A program made the position numbers and the translations under genes. A stretch of 64,000 bases of DNA from a virus. Below, piece by piece: positions 1 to 8,955 of this stretch. The stretch is taken from positions 1 through 64,000 of IMG/VR virus record IMGVR_UViG_3300036806_000217; one strand, given 5' to 3'. The notes beneath the pieces are model-generated. The model made no database searches and was not told where the DNA came from. It saw only the letters and a program-made list of their open reading frames with translations. Position 1 is the first letter of the stretch. Each line of letters begins with the position of its first letter.

Positions 1-2
1 TG

Positions 3-362
3 TGGCAGTTCACGGATGCCCGGTCGTTCCCCGGCATCTCGGGGAAGACGGACGCGTCGGTGTTCCACGGCACGACGGCGGAGCTGCTGGCGCACGTCAA
101 TCCGCCCACTCCTGCCCCGAAGCCCAAGCCTGCCCCGACTCCTGTTCCGCTGCCCGTGGAGGACACAGACATGATCATCGTTGCTGTTGACGAGAAGCCG
201 TACCCCAACCTCAAGGGCTGGCCGGGCGAGTTCCTGCTCTCTGAGGGCAAGCTCTCCCATATCGTCCACCCGGTCGACCTCGCTGCGTTCCAGGCGGCGG
301 GGATCAAGGGGCCGGTGACGATCAGCGTGGACCAGTACAACTCGCTGCTCGCAGGGAAGTAG
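3..362 (+). CDS. Endolysin, GH25 muramidase-like (5' truncated by window edge)
   Basis: Frame is open from base 3: WQFTDARSFPGISGKTDASVFHG matches the C-terminal GH25 pattern WQ[FY]T..PGI.G..D...F.G. It is followed by a Pro/Lys linker and a C-terminal domain. Confidence 0.7.
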   Translation, partial: WQFTDARSFPGISGKTDASVFHGTTAELLAHVNPPTPAPKPKPAPTPVPLPVEDTDMIIVAVDEKPYPNLKGWPGEFLLSEGKLSHIVHPVDLAAFQAAGIKGPVTISVDQYNSLLAGK

Positions 363-738
363 GGGCCGCCGCCCGTATCCTGTTCCCGGGTGAGCTAGCC
401 CACCGCGTGGACGCAGCGCCTTGGCCGGGCATGCTGCGGGTGCAGCCTCCAAACGATCGGCCCGGGGTCCGCGCACCGGGTCGGTCATTCGCGTCCGAGG
501 AGGTCCGATGCCCCGCATGCTCGGCACCTGCCAGCGGCCGTTCTGCCCGGGTCTGCCATCATGGCCGTACCAAGGGCTGTAGCCCACGGTAGTGGGCCTG
601 GCAGCCATCCGGACGGTTGGTGAGCCGGGTTTCGCGTGTCCGGCCCCTGCTCCACCGGGGGCCGTTCTGCGTAGGATGGCGCTGGCTCTCCTCACTGAGT
701 TGCCACGCCGCGGTTCGCCTGTTGGCGCAGGCCCGCGT

Positions 739-768
739 CGGCCCGCCCCTGATCGTGGGGGCGGGCCG
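739..768 (+). terminator. GC-rich hairpin, likely terminator
   Basis: CGGCCCGCCCCT-gatcgt-GGGGGCGGGCCG followed by TTCTG. Confidence 0.55.
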
Positions 769-881
769 TTCTGCTGTTCAGGTCCCCGCCCGTTCGCCTG
801 AATAGCCGCCGCTGTGTTCAGGTCGAGATCAGTGACCGTTTCCCCTTGGGCGGGCCACTGCGCGTAGTCCACGCTGGTCGT

Positions 882-1094
882 ATGACGATCAGTGACTTGA
901 ATGAGCGCCGCCGTGCTGCGGCGGGCGGCGGCTACGAGGGCATCGTGTGCCGGTGTGGCGAGGCGTGGTTCGAGCTGCGGCCCGGCCCGACTGCCCCGAC
1001 GGCTGCGGTCTGCCTCGGCGAGGACGGGGCGGTGACCGGCTATGCCGGGGTGCCGCACTGCGTGTCCTGCGGGATGGCGGTGACCGTAGCCTGA
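882..1094 (+). CDS. Small Cys-rich (CxC...CxxC) hypothetical protein
   Basis: ORF with CRCG and CVSC motifs. Confidence 0.6.
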   Translation: MTISDLNERRRAAAGGGYEGIVCRCGEAWFELRPGPTAPTAAVCLGEDGAVTGYAGVPHCVSCGMAVTVA

Positions 1095-1098
1095 CCTC

Positions 1099-1575
1099 AT
1101 GGGCCTCAGCATCATCCTCGGCGGCGGTCCGGCTGACGGTCGCCGGGTCGAGATCCCGAACGAGCAGCCTCCGCCGTTGTTCCTGATCCCGATCGTCGCG
1201 CCGCTCAGCTTCTCGCTGCTCATGGACCCGTTCGAGGCGTCGCCGACCCGCGTCGCCGAGTACGAGCCGGTGTATGGCGTGGGCGGCTGGCCAAGTCGCT
1301 GCGATGACGGGGCGGTCCGCTACCGGCATCGGGGTACTCCGGAGCCGCTGCACCCGGGCCAGCGTCGTCCGTCGCCGACGCTGGACGAGTTGGCCGCGCT
1401 GCGTACCGATCCGCCGGTGACGTCGTACCCGTCCAATGAGGCGCATCTGCTGGCCTGCCGGACGCGGCACTCACTGTGGCGCGATGCGCGGCTGAACCCG
1501 GAGGAGTGGGCGGCTGCCCGCGAGGTGATCCTGGCCGACGTCATGGCCGCTCTGCGGGAGCGCCATATGCCGTAG
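1099..1575 (+). CDS. Hypothetical protein
   Basis: 158-aa ORF with GC3-biased codons and a GGPADG motif near the N-terminus. Confidence 0.65.
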   Translation: MGLSIILGGGPADGRRVEIPNEQPPPLFLIPIVAPLSFSLLMDPFEASPTRVAEYEPVYGVGGWPSRCDDGAVRYRHRGTPEPLHPGQRRPSPTLDELAALRTDPPVTSYPSNEAHLLACRTRHSLWRDARLNPEEWAAAREVILADVMAALRERHMP

Positions 1576-1582
1576 TTCTACT

Positions 1583-1626
1583 GAAGCCCCCGTCTGGTCC
1601 TTCATGGACCGGGCGGGGGCTTCTTT
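1583..1626 (+). terminator. Rho-independent terminator
   Basis: GAAGCCCCCGTCTGGTCC-ttcat-GGACCGGGCGGGGGCTTC-TTT directly after a stop codon. Confidence 0.8.
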
Positions 1627-1704
1627 GCGTTCCCGGGCGGGTCGCCGCCAACTACTAATCTGGGAGAAAGTGGGAGCAGATTAGTAGTTGGGAGGGCGGA
1701 CCCT

Positions 1705-2052
1705 GTGGTGAACTACTGGCCCCGCTGGCGGGTTGCGCGTCTGGAGCGTCGTCTCGCCGCCGCGTTCGCCCAGTGGGTGCGGGATGGTCGTCCGCTGGTC
1801 GTCCTGCCGCCGGATCCGCCGTGCCCGACCGGGCATCTGGAGACCGTGACCATCCCCGACCTGCTCGGCGGCGACGGCATGATGACGGCGTGCGCGCACT
1901 GCAAGCTCATCCTCGACCAGCCGCCGCCCGTACCCGACTGCACGAACCCGACGGGCGGCCACCGGTTCCCGGCGTACAACATGCCCGGGGAGACCGCGCG
2001 CGGCGGACCGTGCATCCACTGCGACATGCCGTTCCCCAAGGAGACCCCTTGA
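1705..2052 (+). CDS. Cys/His-rich hypothetical protein
   Basis: CAHC and CIHC motifs; GGAGG upstream. Confidence 0.6.
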   Translation: MVNYWPRWRVARLERRLAAAFAQWVRDGRPLVVLPPDPPCPTGHLETVTIPDLLGGDGMMTACAHCKLILDQPPPVPDCTNPTGGHRFPAYNMPGETARGGPCIHCDMPFPKETP

Positions 2053-2282
2053 CCGCGAGCGGCGAGTGGGACGTGGACGAGTTGCGGTCCCTGGTCGAGG
2101 GCAGCCGTGAACTCGGCGCGGAGCACCTGTCGGAGGCCCTCGGGGGCATCGGCGTGCCGGACGAGATTCTGCGCGAGCTGCTGCCGGAGCTGGGCCCGGA
2201 CTGGACGTTGTGCCCACGGCAGGCGGAGTGCGACCGGCTGGCACCCTCGCGGCGTCCGCGCGACTGCCACCTGCGCGGGTAG
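2049..2282 (+). CDS. Hypothetical protein
   Basis: TTGA overlap with the previous stop; protein-like composition. Confidence 0.5.
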   Translation: MTASGEWDVDELRSLVEGSRELGAEHLSEALGGIGVPDEILRELLPELGPDWTLCPRQAECDRLAPSRRPRDCHLRG

Positions 2283-2296
2283 CGGCGAGTCGCCGT

Positions 2297-2497
2297 TCAC
2301 GCCGCGACGGCCTCCCCATCCTCGGCAGCCTCCCTCTCCCGCGCCGCATGCCACCGCCGGTACAGCGCGTCCAGCTCCTCCCGGGCGTCCTGCGTCCACT
2401 CCCCCACACGCGCAGCCTCCGCCGCCAGGGACCGGATGGCCTCGTTGAGGGCATCGGGCGACGACAGGTCCGGGGCAGGAGTGGGAGTGTGGTGCAT
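2297..2497 (-). CDS. Small hypothetical protein
   Basis: 66-aa ORF downstream of the NUDIX gene. Confidence 0.6.
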   Translation of the reverse strand: MHHTPTPAPDLSSPDALNEAIRSLAAEAARVGEWTQDAREELDALYRRWHAAREREAAEDGEAVAA

Positions 2498-2527
2498 TGA
2501 TCCATTGTCCCAGGCGGAAGGGCCCGT

Positions 2528-3070
2528 TCACGCACCCGGGCGGCACCGCATCTGGTGCAGCATCAGCAACCCCGCCACAGCGTTCGCCGACCGCACCGAG
2601 CCCTTCGCGACCAGCTCCGGCACCAGCGACAGCGGCACCCACTCCCGCCGCTCCGACTCGAAGTCGTCCTCCGGATGCCCCACATACTCCGCCGACTCCG
2701 ACCAGTACACGTGATGCAGAGCATCCGACAGGCCGTTCGACGGCTCCACCGTCAACAGGTGCTTCAGCGGGCCGGGCCGCCAGCCGGTCTCCTCCAGCAT
2801 CTCCCGCGCCGCCGCGGCCTCCAGCGACTCGCCGTCCTCGACGACACCGGCAGCGAGCTCCCAGCCCCAGGTGTCGGTGATGAACCGGTGCCGCCACAGC
2901 AGCAGCACCTCGTTGTCGTCGTTCACCGCGGTACACAGGGCCACGGGCCTCAGCCGCATCAGGTAGTGGTCCAGGTGGCGGCCGTCGGGCAGCTCGACGT
3001 CGGCGAGGTTGATCCGCAGCCACGGATTCGAGTAGACCTCGTGCTCGCCGAGGTTCTTCCATACCGACAT
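2528..3070 (-). CDS. NUDIX hydrolase (ADP-ribose pyrophosphatase-like)
   Basis: Nudix box GVVEDGESLEAAAAREMLEETG. Confidence 0.92.
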   Translation of the reverse strand: MSVWKNLGEHEVYSNPWLRINLADVELPDGRHLDHYLMRLRPVALCTAVNDDNEVLLLWRHRFITDTWGWELAAGVVEDGESLEAAAAREMLEETGWRPGPLKHLLTVEPSNGLSDALHHVYWSESAEYVGHPEDDFESERREWVPLSLVPELVAKGSVRSANAVAGLLMLHQMRCRPGA

Positions 3071-3129
3071 TGCGCGCCCCATCTGTCGCCCCTGACTGGT
3101 GGGGTGACGCTATCGCAGCCGGCCCGCGA

Positions 3130-4464
3130 CTACAGGGGCACGGTCAGGGACTCGTCGATGCGCTCCACGGCATCCCGGGCGACGGTCGAACCGTGGCCGG
3201 CGAGTTTGAGGCGCAGGCTCACGAAGCGGTCGCGGAGCCGCTGGGACTCCATGCCGGCAGCGAGGTCGAGGGCGGCCATGGCGTTCGCGGCGGCCTGCTC
3301 CGGTTCGCCGCGCCCCAGGTCCACGGTGGTCAGCGTGGCCAGGCGGTGGACCCGGCCGCGGGCGTGGGCCTGGGTGCGGACGGCCTCCTCGGCGAACTCC
3401 CGGGCCGGGCTCCAGTCCTCCAGGCTGATGAGGGCCTCTGCGAGCTGGGCCTCGACGAGGCCGGGCTGCACGTAGCCGGTCTCCGGCGGCTCCTCGCCGC
3501 GCCGGATGCGCCCGGCCGCGTGCTCGGCGTGCCCCATGGCCTTGTGGGCGGCGGCGATGTCGCCCAGGCGGGCGAACGCCTTGGCCTGCATGGCGTGCAG
3601 GTCCGTGGCCAGCGCGGGGCTGATCTGGTCCCCGGCGGCGCGCAGCCCCGCTTCGGCGAACGCCACAGCCTGCCGGTAGTCCTTGAGGAACACGGCCTGG
3701 TTGACGAGGAGCGCGATGACGTAGCCGCCGAACGCCTTGTCGCCGGACGCCTTTGCCAGGCGCAGGGCGTGGTGGAAGTAGCGCTGCGCGAGGCCCTGGG
3801 CGTCGGAGTCGTAGGCGCAGATCCCGGCCACGGCGACCAGGCCCCCGGATGCGCGGTAGAGCTGCCGTCCGGTGGCGTCGTTGTAGGAGCCGCGCAGCAG
3901 CGGGGCGGTGTAGCCGGTGAGGAACCCGACGATCCTGCCGCGGGTGGCGACACCGCCGGACGCCCGGTACATCTGCTCGTAGCGGGTGCGGGCGGCGCGC
4001 AGCATGTCGACGTCGCCTGCGCCGACCCGGGGTGTGCCGGGGCGGGAGACGTCCTTGTCCTCGGGCGGGTTCTCCCAGTCCCACACGGGCATGACGGCCG
4101 CGGTGCCGACGACAGCTGGGGCGGCCTGGACGTCGGGGCGCTGCTGCTGGTCGGAGCGCCATAGGGCTGTGGCGCGTTCGACGAACCCGGCGAGTTCCGC
4201 GGGTTGTGTGACTGCCCCGGGTTTGCCCATGCCGATGTCGTCGAGGCTGAGCGGCCGGTGGAGGGCCGTGCTGAGGATGTCGCAGATCATGCCGGGGACG
4301 GCGCCGCGGGGGCGTTCGCCGCGGATCCAGCGGGTGACGGCGGTGTGGTCGTAGCGCAGTGGCTTGGGCAGGTTCGCCCCGGCGGTGTTGAGGCGGGCGA
4401 CGAGCCCGGCGTAGGACATGCCTGCTTCGTCGAGGAGCGCGTCGAGCAGGGTGTTGGGCTCCAT
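3130..4464 (-). CDS. NsdA-like TPR-containing transcriptional regulator
   Basis: N-terminal HTH (PNTLLDALLDEAGMSYAGL...YDHTAVTRWIRGERPRG) and a helical TPR region (AQRYFHHALRLAKASGD), typical of the Streptomyces NsdA family. Confidence 0.85.
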   Translation of the reverse strand: MEPNTLLDALLDEAGMSYAGLVARLNTAGANLPKPLRYDHTAVTRWIRGERPRGAVPGMICDILSTALHRPLSLDDIGMGKPGAVTQPAELAGFVERATALWRSDQQQRPDVQAAPAVVGTAAVMPVWDWENPPEDKDVSRPGTPRVGAGDVDMLRAARTRYEQMYRASGGVATRGRIVGFLTGYTAPLLRGSYNDATGRQLYRASGGLVAVAGICAYDSDAQGLAQRYFHHALRLAKASGDKAFGGYVIALLVNQAVFLKDYRQAVAFAEAGLRAAGDQISPALATDLHAMQAKAFARLGDIAAAHKAMGHAEHAAGRIRRGEEPPETGYVQPGLVEAQLAEALISLEDWSPAREFAEEAVRTQAHARGRVHRLATLTTVDLGRGEPEQAAANAMAALDLAAGMESQRLRDRFVSLRLKLAGHGSTVARDAVERIDESLTVPL

Positions 4465-4516
4465 GACTGCCGTCCCGTCAGTTCACTGTCTGTGCAATGA
4501 CGGTAGCGGAGCTCAA

Positions 4517-4533
4517 TTCGCACGGGGTGTGAA
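4517..4533. promoter_or_regulatory. Palindromic operator candidate in divergent promoter region
   Basis: TTCGCAC-GGG-GTGTGAA, with an extra half-site TTCACAC at 4556. Confidence 0.4.
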
Positions 4534-4624
4534 TCGAGCGCAGCGGTCGGTGTGTTTCACACGCTGTTGCTGGTGGCTGAAAGTGTCGACGCTTGATCCA
4601 TCGGTACTTTCGGGGAGTTGACCA

Positions 4625-4813
4625 GTGGAAACCACGGCACCGGAGCGCGAGCAGACCTCGCCCACCCGCGCTCAGAAGGACTGCAGGGCGTGCATCGACT
4701 GCGGCGGGACGGCCGGGCCGTTCGCCCCGGCAGGGCTCGTCTACACCCGCTGCGAGGGCGGCGGACGGCTGCCGTGGCCGGTTGTCGCCTGCGCGCTCGG
4801 ATGCCCGAAGTGA
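4625..4813 (+). CDS. Small Cys-rich protein
   Basis: CRACIDC motif; divergent from the regulator. Confidence 0.55.
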   Translation: METTAPEREQTSPTRAQKDCRACIDCGGTAGPFAPAGLVYTRCEGGGRLPWPVVACALGCPK

Positions 4814-5412
4814 CCGCCGCGTGGCCGCCGTGGCTCGGCCCGAAGCCGCCGGTGACGCCGGGTACGTCGACGGCGCTTCTGCCGATCGGCCCGGACCGGC
4901 CGGTGCTGCGGGTCCCGGACGTGCTGGGCATTCCCGTCGCGGGACGGCTGCTCGGCGACTGCGTTGACCGGCTGCTCGTCGGGGCGATCCTGCACCACCG
5001 GCTCGGCGGGGTCACGTACTGGTTCATCGCCCGCGGCGCCACCGACGAGTACCCGCCCGGATGCCGCCTCCTCACCGGCCGCGCCTATGTGGCTGTGCCC
5101 GCACCGGATACCGCGTACTGCACGGTCGCCCGCTGGCTGCACCTGCCCGCCGTCGGCCGCCTGACGTCGCCGCCGTGGCTCGCCCACGCCCTCAACGCCC
5201 AACACGCCACCACCCTTCGACCCGGAGCAGCAGCCATGACCCAGCCCATAGCGCCCGCGCGCTGCGAGATGTGCACCGAGCCCCCGAGTCGCAGCGGCCC
5301 CGTCATGGCCATCGGGCCGGACGGCAGGAACGTGGACATGGGCCACCCCATCTGCTTCGCCCGGGCCCGCCTCATGGCCACCGCCCCGGACCGGACGAGA
5401 GTGCGGGCATGA
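4810..5412 (+). CDS. Conserved-type Streptomyces hypothetical protein, often divergent from XRE/NsdA regulators
   Basis: GTGA overlap; pattern YWFIARGA...GCRLL...YVAVPAP...WLHLP; C-terminal CxxC. Confidence 0.6.
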   Translation: MTAAWPPWLGPKPPVTPGTSTALLPIGPDRPVLRVPDVLGIPVAGRLLGDCVDRLLVGAILHHRLGGVTYWFIARGATDEYPPGCRLLTGRAYVAVPAPDTAYCTVARWLHLPAVGRLTSPPWLAHALNAQHATTLRPGAAAMTQPIAPARCEMCTEPPSRSGPVMAIGPDGRNVDMGHPICFARARLMATAPDRTRVRA

Positions 5413-5606
5413 GCGAGCAGACAGAGCCGCAGCGGGGCCGGGCTCCGGGCGTGTGCACCTACTGCGACGAGTGGGTGCCCGACGGTGTGATCGTGGGCGA
5501 GATCGAGCGTGATGCCGGGGCCGCCTACACGCTGGTGCGGCACCTGGAGCACGTCGGACTACCGAAGCCCGCGTCTGCGAACCGGCCGCGAACGTGGACG
5601 GGGTGA
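5409..5606 (+). CDS. Small hypothetical protein
   Basis: ATGA overlap; CTYC motif. Confidence 0.6.
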   Translation: MSEQTEPQRGRAPGVCTYCDEWVPDGVIVGEIERDAGAAYTLVRHLEHVGLPKPASANRPRTWTG

Positions 5607-5713
5607 CGCTCCACCAGGGGGCGCACGGGGGCGCACTTGCCCGGCGTGTACCGCAACAAACAGGTCGTGAATTTGTCGGATGTTTGGCGAGTGCAACGGT
5701 TTTTTTGCTGCTC

Positions 5714-6052
5714 TTACCGTGCGTTCCCACGGTGTTCCATGGCGGGCGGCAGGGGCGGTTCGCCACCCCCCGCGCCACCCGGATTGCGCCACCCCGGACT
5801 GTGCCATTCGTCAGTGAGAAGCCAGGTCACCGGGACACGCAGAGCGTCGGCGAGGTCGAGGATGGCGTCGAGGGTGACGGTGCCGGCGTTGTTCTCCAGG
5901 TCGCTGATGCTGCGTCGGTCGAGGCCTTTGGCGGAGCACATCTCGCCGAGGCGCTGTTGCGAGAGGCCCTGGGCACGGCGCAAACTTCGGAGCCGATCAC
6001 CCACTTCGCCTCGGCGGCGGATGGTCGTCGGGCGGTCGGACACATAGGGCAT
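5714..6052 (-). CDS. XRE-family HTH regulator
   Basis: GDRLRSLRRAQGLSQQRLG...DRRSISDLENN...ILDLADALRVPVTWLL. Confidence 0.85.
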   Translation of the reverse strand: MPYVSDRPTTIRRRGEVGDRLRSLRRAQGLSQQRLGEMCSAKGLDRRSISDLENNAGTVTLDAILDLADALRVPVTWLLTDEWHSPGWRNPGGAGGGEPPLPPAMEHRGNAR

Positions 6053-6160
6053 CCCAACAACGCTGGAGTGAGCAAGATCAAATGTCTGTACAGTTAAGTT
6101 CCCATTTGGGGACTGGAGTGACTGGCGCGGTCTTGAGCGAAGCTCCCTTCGACGATAAGT

Positions 6161-6176
6161 TCGCACGCATGTTCGA
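6161..6176. promoter_or_regulatory. LexA (SOS) box candidate
   Basis: TCGCAC-GCAT-GTTCGA, one mismatch to the actinobacterial consensus TCGAAC-N4-GTTCGA. Confidence 0.6.
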
Positions 6177-6427
6177 GTTATAGACCACATCGAGACCCGC
6201 CCACGGCCAAGGCGGGGGCGCTAGAGGCCCAGACCCCGCCTCGCGCCTGCCCCCAGAACGCCCCACGGGAGCGCTCCAGACACACCCGCCACACACCGCC
6301 GCGTTTCCTGACACCACAGTGGTCAAACGTTCTACCGTCATATGCCGCAGTCACATCCCCCCGACCCCGGGATGCACCAGGCGCCCGCCGGCGCCAGTCA
6401 ACGCACCGTCCACCCCGGAGCACCAAC

Positions 6428-6658
6428 GTGAACAGCAGTCAGCGCGACGAACGATCCACCGCCCGGCACAGAGGAGAGGCACGCCCCAGGTACTCTCACG
6501 CCGACCGTCTCGCCACCGCCCAAGCAGACCTCGCCGCAGCCGAAGAGGTCGACCTCGCCAGAGCCACCAGAGCAGAGATGGCACTCGCCTTCGAACGCCT
6601 CCGCGGCGGCCTCGCCGACGTCATCCGCATGGAACTGGAGCACCACCCCGAGCCCTGA
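6428..6658 (+). CDS. Small helical hypothetical protein upstream of the integrase
   Basis: GGAG RBS and GTG start; 76 aa. Confidence 0.65.
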   Translation: MNSSQRDERSTARHRGEARPRYSHADRLATAQADLAAAEEVDLARATRAEMALAFERLRGGLADVIRMELEHHPEP

Positions 6659-6661
6659 GGC

Positions 6662-6716
6662 TTCCTGAGCAGCGGTGATTACGATCCCAATGGACCCTCT
6701 AATGGCAAGTCAGGAA
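6662..6716. other. Candidate attP site
   Basis: Imperfect 55-bp inverted repeat (TTCCTGA...TCAGGAA) with inner symmetry TCC-C-AA-T-GGA, immediately 5' of the serine recombinase catalytic domain. Confidence 0.3.
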
Positions 6717-8288
6717 CCTGTTCTGCGCCAAAAGGGTCCCCCGCTCCGACCTTTGCTACTAGCCTCAGCAGGCATGGCGGCACTCCCGGAAGGCACCCCC
6801 GCACCAGCATTGCGCGCCGGCCTCTACGGGCGCGCCTCCCACGATCCCAAGAAGCGCGGCCGGTCCGTAGCCGACCAGATGACCGACAATCGGCGTACCT
6901 GCGCGGAGCGCGGATACCTCATCGTCAACGAGTACGTGGACCTCGACCGCTCGGCCTCGCGCCATGCGCGCAGGGGGCGGGAGGACTACGAGCGGCTCGT
7001 CGCCGACATCACTGCCGGGCAACTCGACATCCTGGTGTCCTGGGAGTCATCACGCGTTAACCGCGACCTGGAGGCATACGTCAAGCTCCGCAACCTGTGC
7101 ATGGAGAGCAAAGTCCTGTGGTGCTACAACGGCACCGTCTACGACATGCGCAAGGGCTCCGACCGGACCGTTACCGGCTTCATGGCGATGATGGCCGAGG
7201 CCGAGGCCGACGGCATCCAAGAGCGGAACGCTCGCACTACACGGCTCGCCGCGGGCCGGGGAAGCCCGCACGGCAAGACGCCCTTCGGCTACACACGCAG
7301 ATACGACCCCACCGATGGCAGCCTCATCGGCCAGTTCCCCCATGACGAAAACGCAGATGTCGTCGCAGACCTCTTCGTCCGAGCCGCCGCACTCGAATCC
7401 CTGAGCAGCCTCGCCCGCCGCCTGTCGGACCACGTCCCCAAAACGACTGAAGCCGGCGTGCGCTACCTCCTCAAGAACCGGGCCTACATCGGCCTGCGCA
7501 GCCACTACGGCCAGGACGTCAAAGCGCTCTGGGACGGCATCGTCGACGAGGGTCTTTTCTGGCGGGTGCAGGAAGTCCTGGCGGATCCTGCCCGCCGAAC
7601 GAGTCGTGACGGCCGGGCAGTGCACCTCTTGTCTGGAATCGCCGACTGCGGCCTGTGCGACGAAAGCGAGCGGGCACGCTGGCTGCGGAGGATGAAGCCC
7701 ACCTACGGAGATCTCGAGCGCTATGGCTGCGGGCCCGCGGGGCACGTCTCGGTGGGCATGGAAAAGCTCAACGCCTATGTAGAGGCCGGATTGATGCACT
7801 GGCTCGCGTCCCCCGCTGCGGCGGCGGCTTTCGTGCCAGTCGCTCCGGGCGAGCTCGCTTCTGCCCGGTCTCGACTGGCTGCCCTGCGTGGGCAGTTGCA
7901 GGAGGCGCGCGAACTGGCCTCGAAGTTCGACCCGGTGACCTACATCCCGAAGCTGAGCGCGCTTTCGCTGGCGGACATGGAATCGAGGGTGCTCCCTCTC
8001 ATGGAGCAGGCGGAGGCGGATGTTCGCCGGCTGGCCTCGATCGGCGACCCCGTCGTGGATCGACTGCTCGGCGCCGACCCGGAACTGCGCGAGGGCGTGT
8101 GGGATGACCTGGAGATCGAGCAGCAGCGGCACGCCCTCAGGCGTCTTGTGCGGGTCACTCTGTTTCGGGCAGCCCGCATGGGCGACAGTCGGCTCGACTC
8201 GAAGCGCGTCCGGTTGCTGTTCGTGGGCCAGGCGGGCTTCGAACCTGCGGGTCGCCGCACTCGCGGGCTGTCGGCAGTCTCGGACTAG
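6675..8288 (+). CDS. int: Large serine recombinase (integrase); true start may be ATG 6774
   Basis: Catalytic YGRAS motif, D..RSAS...REDYERL, WESSRVNRD, PFGY recombinase domain, LLSGIADCGLC Zn ribbon and a coiled coil. Confidence 0.93.
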   Translation: MITIPMDPLMASQEPVLRQKGPPLRPLLLASAGMAALPEGTPAPALRAGLYGRASHDPKKRGRSVADQMTDNRRTCAERGYLIVNEYVDLDRSASRHARRGREDYERLVADITAGQLDILVSWESSRVNRDLEAYVKLRNLCMESKVLWCYNGTVYDMRKGSDRTVTGFMAMMAEAEADGIQERNARTTRLAAGRGSPHGKTPFGYTRRYDPTDGSLIGQFPHDENADVVADLFVRAAALESLSSLARRLSDHVPKTTEAGVRYLLKNRAYIGLRSHYGQDVKALWDGIVDEGLFWRVQEVLADPARRTSRDGRAVHLLSGIADCGLCDESERARWLRRMKPTYGDLERYGCGPAGHVSVGMEKLNAYVEAGLMHWLASPAAAAAFVPVAPGELASARSRLAALRGQLQEARELASKFDPVTYIPKLSALSLADMESRVLPLMEQAEADVRRLASIGDPVVDRLLGADPELREGVWDDLEIEQQRHALRRLVRVTLFRAARMGDSRLDSKRVRLLFVGQAGFEPAGRRTRGLSAVSD

Positions 8289-8941
8289 TTCCCGCTCTCG
8301 GCGGCTTTTCCCTCGGCCGCCTGTCGCCGGTGGTCGTCGAGGCGGATGAGCTTGGGGTCTTCCGCGGCAGCGAGCATGTCGTCAACTTCGCCGTTGCGTT
8401 CGGCGAGGACCCCGTCCATGAACTGGTTGATCATGAGCGTGGCGCGCTCGTCTTCGAGTTCCTTGCGCACGTCGGCAATCTCGGCACTGGCCCGCATCTC
8501 TGCGGATGCCACTCCGTCGGCGAGCCTGCGCTCGTAGCGCTCCTCGCACTGCTGCTCGAAGGCGTGGGCGCGCATGGCCGCATTGACCTCCGCCTGGTCT
8601 GCGCGTTCGCGTTCGGCCTGGACCTTCCGGTCGGCGTCGATGCGCACTTCCTCGGCCAGTCGCCGGTCACGCTCACGCTCCGCGAGTTGGAGTGCGCGGC
8701 CGACCTGGGCCTGCGTTGACGCCTCCTCCGTATTGAGGGTGGCGTGCCGCAGGCGTTCCTTCTCGAAGCTGGTGTCAGTGATCCACTTTTTGACGAGGGA
8801 CAGGGCGTAGGCCGAGATGCCTGCGGCGAACAGGGCCTCGCCGAGGGTGCGCGCGTCGTCGGTGATGATGAGGATCACGAGGCCGGCGACGAGTCCGATG
8901 AGCGCGGGGACCGCCGTATACAACCAACGCTTCGCCTTCAT
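8285..8941 (-). CDS. Membrane protein (2 TM + coiled coil) in the repressor transcript
   Basis: GGAG RBS; two hydrophobic N-terminal segments, then an E/R/A-rich coiled coil. Confidence 0.75.
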   Translation of the reverse strand: MKAKRWLYTAVPALIGLVAGLVILIITDDARTLGEALFAAGISAYALSLVKKWITDTSFEKERLRHATLNTEEASTQAQVGRALQLAERERDRRLAEEVRIDADRKVQAERERADQAEVNAAMRAHAFEQQCEERYERRLADGVASAEMRASAEIADVRKELEDERATLMINQFMDGVLAERNGEVDDMLAAAEDPKLIRLDDHRRQAAEGKAAESGN

Positions 8942-8955
8942 CGCTCCCCCATCGG

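Noticed and set aside
6321-6336. Second possible LexA site (GGTCAAACGTTCTACC)
   Set aside because: Too many mismatches to the consensus to support.
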